DNA of 64,000 nt from NCBI GenBank assembly GCA_964016885.1, contig OZ024740.1, positions 297,414,001 to 297,478,000 of the forward strand. Direction: 5' to 3'. A model generated the notes under the pieces. That model searched no databases. It saw only the letters and a program-made list of their open reading frames with translations, and had not been told where the DNA came from. This DNA comes from Eledone cirrhosa. Taxonomy: Eukaryota. A program made the translations under genes and the position numbers. This document shows positions 58,074 to 64,000 of this stretch, one piece after another; the stretch's first letter is position 1; each line of letters opens with the position of its first letter.

Positions 58074-60267
58074 GGAAGCGTGTCTGTGTTTGCACGTTTA
58101 TATTTATATACTCATTCATATAAATGTATGCATATGCACATACACACACGCATACACATATACACATACGCGTCAGCGTATGGAAAACATTCTAGTGGGT
58201 TAAAATGCTCATTATGAATAAAGGAGGAAAATAGAAACTTTTAACAATCAAAGAAACTGTACTTATAACGCTTGAGAGTAATCCTATCAGTAGGCCAAAC
58301 ACTGACATCAGTTCAATACGACTGGATGTTCGACTCACGATCATAAGGTTATGTATTCTATTTCCGGCAACGTGTTGTGTCTTTGAAGAAGTCACTTTAT
58401 GTTATGTTTTCTCAGTCTAATCACCTGGCAAATGTTAGATGTACCTGTAATTCAAAGGACGAGTCTTGTCACACTCCTTGTCTCACTGAATACCTCTTAG
58501 AACTACGTTAAAGGTACTCGTGTATGTAAATGCTCAACCACATACACGTTAATTTTACGAGAAGGTTGTTTCAGTAAATCAAATCAACTAAAAAACTCAT
58601 CGTTGAAACTAACAAAGGTCCAAAACATGACGTCCTTTATCACTAAAGTTACAAATATGACCGGTAACAGATTAATGTTATCCAAAAACGTGAGCATAAC
58701 ATCCTCTCCATAAAACCATAATGAAGCAGAGTTGCTTCTAAGCATGTATAGTCTTTACCACAGAAGAATGTATAGTCTTTACCACAGAAAAACTTTTATC
58801 GGTCAATATCTTATATCATGTAAATTAAAAGCACCAACTGATTGCCGCCGCCGCCTTCGTCATAGCTATCATCCTAATCATCATCATCATCATCATCATC
58901 ATCACCTACTTTCACAGCGGCGTGTTCACATTTTCTGTTTTCTGCAATCTTTCTGGTTTTCTCAATTGACTGGAATTTTTTAAATCTTTTGTCAACACTT
59001 GGAAGGTACTTGTTAGACTGGATCGTCACAACTTCTGTTACAAATCATTTACCTTTCTTCTTGTACATTAACATGTGAATGATATCACTTTCTAATTTTC
59101 TTTCACCTTCTACACACATTACCACCATACATATATACAAGTGAGACACCCCACACTAAACGCCGCGTACCACCTCTATAAATAGAAGCCAAAGATAGAT
59201 GAATAAGAATATAGTATCTTTCAACTGTACAGTCACACTCACTTTACATACCAAGGAATCAGCTTTCTACCTTTCCTTCCCTAGCATTGAACAACATACA
59301 GTTTAAACCCTTAATGTTGCTATACATTATATGACTCTCAACCAGTGATTATCTTTCCCGACGAACATTCATAAATAACAGAGCTAAAAAGGAAGGAAGG
59401 AAGGAAAGAATATGGTACCCTTAACTCTTCATGAAGTTGTAGAGGTGCACCAGCCCCTGCAATTCTAGTGTCATATGTATAATTGTGTATGGCTGTTTTT
59501 TGTGTATAGTAGTGGTAGTAAACGTTGCCCACGATAATATATGTATGTACCAGGCTGAAGTAATAACTAGGATAGATAAGTCACAGGTCATTCTTTACTT
59601 ACTTCCTGGCCAGGAATCGAACCCCTATATCTTACCAACCATAATAAAATGTTTAATCCTGTTTTCTTGTGACTAAAATTTACTGGCAACAGTCCACGGA
59701 TACGTTTAATCATTCAACAATCACTACTATTGTCATATGCACCGCATTCCTGCCTAAAATTACAGTGGATGATAGTTTGACCTACTTTTAGTCAATAAAA
59801 AAAGCACATTTATTTTATATAGTTCTGTTTTTGTTGTATATTTAGCACCCAGACATTTTATATATCGGCAATGCATATTCTCATTTCAGGATTGGCTTAA
59901 ATTGGTTCTTTTAAAAACGACAGTCAATCATTTTGGCCAGCCGCAGCAGACTACCTTATGCAGTTCTTTTGTGAACTTGCTCTATCTCAACAACCAGTTA
60001 CTACTACGAGTTGGTACTTACACTCGGGTACACAATAATGGGGGGGGGGGGGGGGGAGTAAGTAGGGGGGATTGATAAATTTTCTAGGTTGTCTCCGTTG
60101 ATTCTTTTAAAAACCAGAATTAATCGCTTAGGTTACATATTGAGACCCCCAAACCATCCTATTTTATAACATATGGGATATCTAGTAATGAACATTTTTG
60201 TCATGTATAATGTTTTTTTTTTATGTTTAAAGAAAATTAATTGTCACAGGAATGCTACCACAAATAA

Positions 60268-60447
60268 TTGTTTCTACATTTGGCACAAGGCCAGCAATTA
60301 TCCCAGTGCATTACTGGTACTTAATTTTATCGACCCCGTAAGGATGAAAGGCAAAGTTAAACTCGGCGGGATTTGAACTCAGAGCGGAAAGAGACATAAC
60401 TCTTTGCTGGAAAGCATGGTGTCTGACACTCTACCGATACTGCCAAA
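60268..60447 (-). mobile_element. SINE family 1 copy nested in a MITE
   Basis: Reverse complement of the family; interrupts the element at 60018-60557. Confidence 0.8.
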
Positions 60448-62695
60448 TGCTATCACTAATAATAAAATTTAATAAGCAGGGAGTTGGAATAAGAGCGCGA
60501 GAGGGGTGAATCTGAAAAATGTATAAGCGGAGGTGGGGGACGATTATTCTAGAGTAATTATACGACGTTCCAGATTAGACTACCACCAAGATACAAGTGA
60601 CAGAAAAGCAAAGTTACAGAGGAGGTGCTCAACCGGAACAATTTTCCTTGCACTGAAGGACATTTTTCGTTATTCAAACTGCTTTTGATAACCGCAACGC
60701 TGCTGTTTCCTTCTTTTACGCGCTAAACAAAACCTTAAATTGTTATTAACTGGCAACATATTTCGTCTAGTTTGTATATACTGCGGGCTGAGAACTAAAT
60801 TTTAGCATTTGTTTTGAGGTAACATATGTTGACAATTCAATGCACTAAAATAATTGATCTGAATTGTTGTTAATTCATCATGCCATGCGCTCACACACGC
60901 GTATGAGTACATATTTTTTGTCAACGTTATATTCGTACACCTTAGAGCTGAATAGTTAAGAAATTCGTTTCGCAATCATTAGTTCGCGAGATCGATCCCA
61001 CTACGTGGTATCTTTGCCAAATACTATTTACTATAGTTTCGAGTTGAAGCTTGGCTTGTGGGGGGAAACTGCGTTTTTACAGAACTGTTCACTTTCAATA
61101 GCCTTTGGGTGGGTGAGAGATGTCTTCTCTTGTGAAAATGTGTATAGCTTTCATTATGTTCAAATCCCGCCGAGGTTGACTTTGCCTTTCATCCTTACGA
61201 GGTCGATAAAATAAAGTACCAGTAATGCACTGGGATAATTGATGGCCTTGTGCCAAAAGTAGAAACAATTATGTAAAACCTCCTCATTTTGCCTCATTTC
61301 TTCCCTTTTGGGGGCACTTTTTTTCATGCTACTCCCTAATTGGTTTTTTAGAAGTTGGCAAATCTGTATATGGTAACTGTTTACTAGCTCATCGGATGGA
61401 CTGTACCTGTAATTCAAATTTCCATTTTTAAAAAAAAAAAAAATTTTTTTTATAATAATGGTTTAGACACAAAGTCAGCAACTTTGAAGTTGAGGATAGC
61501 TGGTTATATCGACCCCAGTACTTGATCGGTACTCTGCTTTATCGGCCCAGGAATAAATAGTGCTAGCTTTGTGCCAAATGTAGACACATCCGCGATCCCT
61601 GCTAACACAATCACCGTTTTCATATCATTCCTTACTACAGCAACCACTATAACACCAATTACTATAACACCAACCATTAACACTATAACTAATATTATCT
61701 TCTTTTCTTAGACCCAAGGACCTTGTTTCAGGGATGTACCAGGGGACAAGTCCCCCCCCCCCCCCCACACACACATACTCTTTTAGGAATGGGGAACAAA
61801 CCATCTTTTGTTTTTTGTTTATTTGATATAATAAATTCTTTTTAAGCTTAATTTTTATATCTGAACTTTATTTGGATATATAAAATTTAATTAGCGTAAA
61901 ATTTTACTTATGTGGTAGGGTCCGGGAAAGGCACCATAAGCAATACTAACATGCTCCTTTAAGAATCAACAAATGTTGGTTTGCCCCCCCCCCCCCTCCC
62001 ACATTTTTAAGGCAAACGAGGCCCCTGCTTAGAACCGTAACTCCTTAGGGACACCATATCCACATACGGTGTTTCAAGAGCACTTTTTCAATCTGGTGGA
62101 GCCCATCTCTTCTCCAAATCTGAATACAGCAGATTTCTCCCAGAGAATGATAGAGGGAGTGAGAGAATGGAAGTGAGAAGAAAATATAGAGAAAGAATCG
62201 ACCCCAGTACTAGACTGGTACTTTTTTTATCGACCTCGAATGGATGAAAAGCAAGGTTGACCTCGGTGGAATTTTAACTAAGAGTGCAGAGTGTTGGAAC
62301 AAAAACCGACGCTCTAACGACTCTTACAATTCGCCGCCGTAGAAACATTTATTACCCACCAACTAAAATCACATTGACGGTCCCTGTTAACACAATGACC
62401 ATGTTCATATACTTCCCTACCCCAGCAACCACTACAACACCAATTACTATAACATCAGCCACTCACACTATAACTAATATTACAACAACGTAAAAAGCAA
62501 AACGTATAATAAATGAACGAAAAATCTAGTCAAACGGAAAAAGCAGACTGAAAATGTTAATACCAAACTAGTTGACCTAGGAAAGGGCAGACCTATTAAC
62601 AGTGACACTTGAGCAACTTTTAGATAGGGTTATTCGTACATCATGTATATTTGCAATCCCCATTACTCAATTTTATCTACTGTAATTTTGACCGG

Positions 62696-62746
<51 letters not shown>

Positions 62747-63830
62747 TGGGGTTCTCGTCTAAAATATACCGGATAAGATTATAATAATGCCACAGTTTTA
62801 ATTTGATACCATCAAAAGGGCGTCGATGTATGTTATATTTTTAAATACATCTTGTCACCCCATACAGTCATTAGAATGCTACAAACAAAAAAAAAACATT
62901 CATTGTTATGTGAGGTATGTCAACTATAGTATACTAGCGTGACTTAGTTGTTAGGTTGTTGGGCCCACGGTCGAAAAGGGGTTAGTTCGGTTTCCAGACT
63001 GGGTGGTGTATTGTATCCGAGAAATACGTTTTATTTGCCCTTGCTTCAGTCCACTCAATTGTATTTGTAATGTACTTCAAAGGTTTCAGGTCTCACCATA
63101 CACTGCATCATATTGAATCTCTCCATGAGTTATTTTAAGGGTACACGTGTCTGTTGAATACTCGGCTACTTTAACCTTAATTTCACAAGCAGGTTGTTAT
63201 TCCGTTGATCGAATCAGACTGGTCGCCAGAACTTAAGAAGATCCAACAAAAACAGCAACAACACTGTATCAAAGGTCTATTGAATAAATTCTGTATAAAT
63301 ACATTCTGTATAAATACATTCTCGGCGTAATTGATGGGTCTTCATACATACACACACACAATTAAGTAAATAGCCGTCGACACGACGTGGACACTAACTA
63401 TTTACAATACAAACACTCTACTTTCCCAAGTTTCGAGTACTAGGATGGAAAATGGTCTTACTAGTCCAAACTGGTAACTTCCAGTCTCTCTCTATCTCTC
63501 TCTGTGTCTCTATCTCTCTCTCTCTCTCATTATCTATTATAACATGTGTCGCTCTTGTCGTTTCAACAGCTAGTTCCAGACTGAAATAGCTATTTGCTAC
63601 GATGGCCTAATCAGTTTTAAACTGATTCTATCCTTATATATATATATATGTGTGTGTGTGTGTATATATATAATAAAATATGTCTTTAGAATCACTAGAT
63701 ATAATATATACCATTTCCTCTCCCAATTAGCATAATTAACCATATAAAAAATCAATTAGACCAAGCTATAAGAATAAAGGCTCCTATGAAGAAATCTCCG
63801 ACAAATAACCGAAAGCAGCCCCTGAGCTCG

Positions 63831-63904
63831 CTCCTGATGATTCCGAAGGGCTGGACATTCCTTGTTATCGGATATCTTAAAATACGGATGAAACCATGGT
63901 AGAG
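63831..63904 (+). ncRNA. Minimal type-I hammerhead ribozyme
   Basis: CTC-CTGATGA-T-TCCG...CGGA-T-GAAA-CCATGG-TA-GAG; palindromic CCATGG helix III, GUA triplet. Confidence 0.65.
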
Positions 63905-64000
63905 GTAATTAGGTATGTACACAATTCTTCTAAGTTCAATTTTACACCTAATTGGGTATAGTTGACTGTATATCTGGTCGATTTTTACATGCTGTCGAAA

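Overview
Eukaryotic, AT- and microsatellite-rich DNA, probably from an octopod cephalopod (inferred from repeat content, not tested). The main gene is a + strand transglutaminase with 14 phase-consistent coding exons (20944-55193, at least 694 aa, intact Cys/His/Asp triad); its first coding exon was not located. Introns and flanks are dense with mobile DNA: a near-full-length Penelope-like element (PLE) with an inverted partial copy, other PLE fragments, (TAA)n-flanked R4/Dong LINEs, CRE and RTE LINE fragments, two tRNA-derived SINE families, hAT and other MITEs, a Chapaev-type transposase relic, a Helitron helicase relic and a 28-bp minisatellite with a 393-bp higher-order period. The most notable layer not shown by the ORF track is a set of short, non-coding, (TA)n-embedded fold-back elements from several families, many carrying minimal type-I hammerhead ribozyme motifs, including U3-A8 and GCAA core variants. 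All calls were made by eye; repeat boundaries are approximate.
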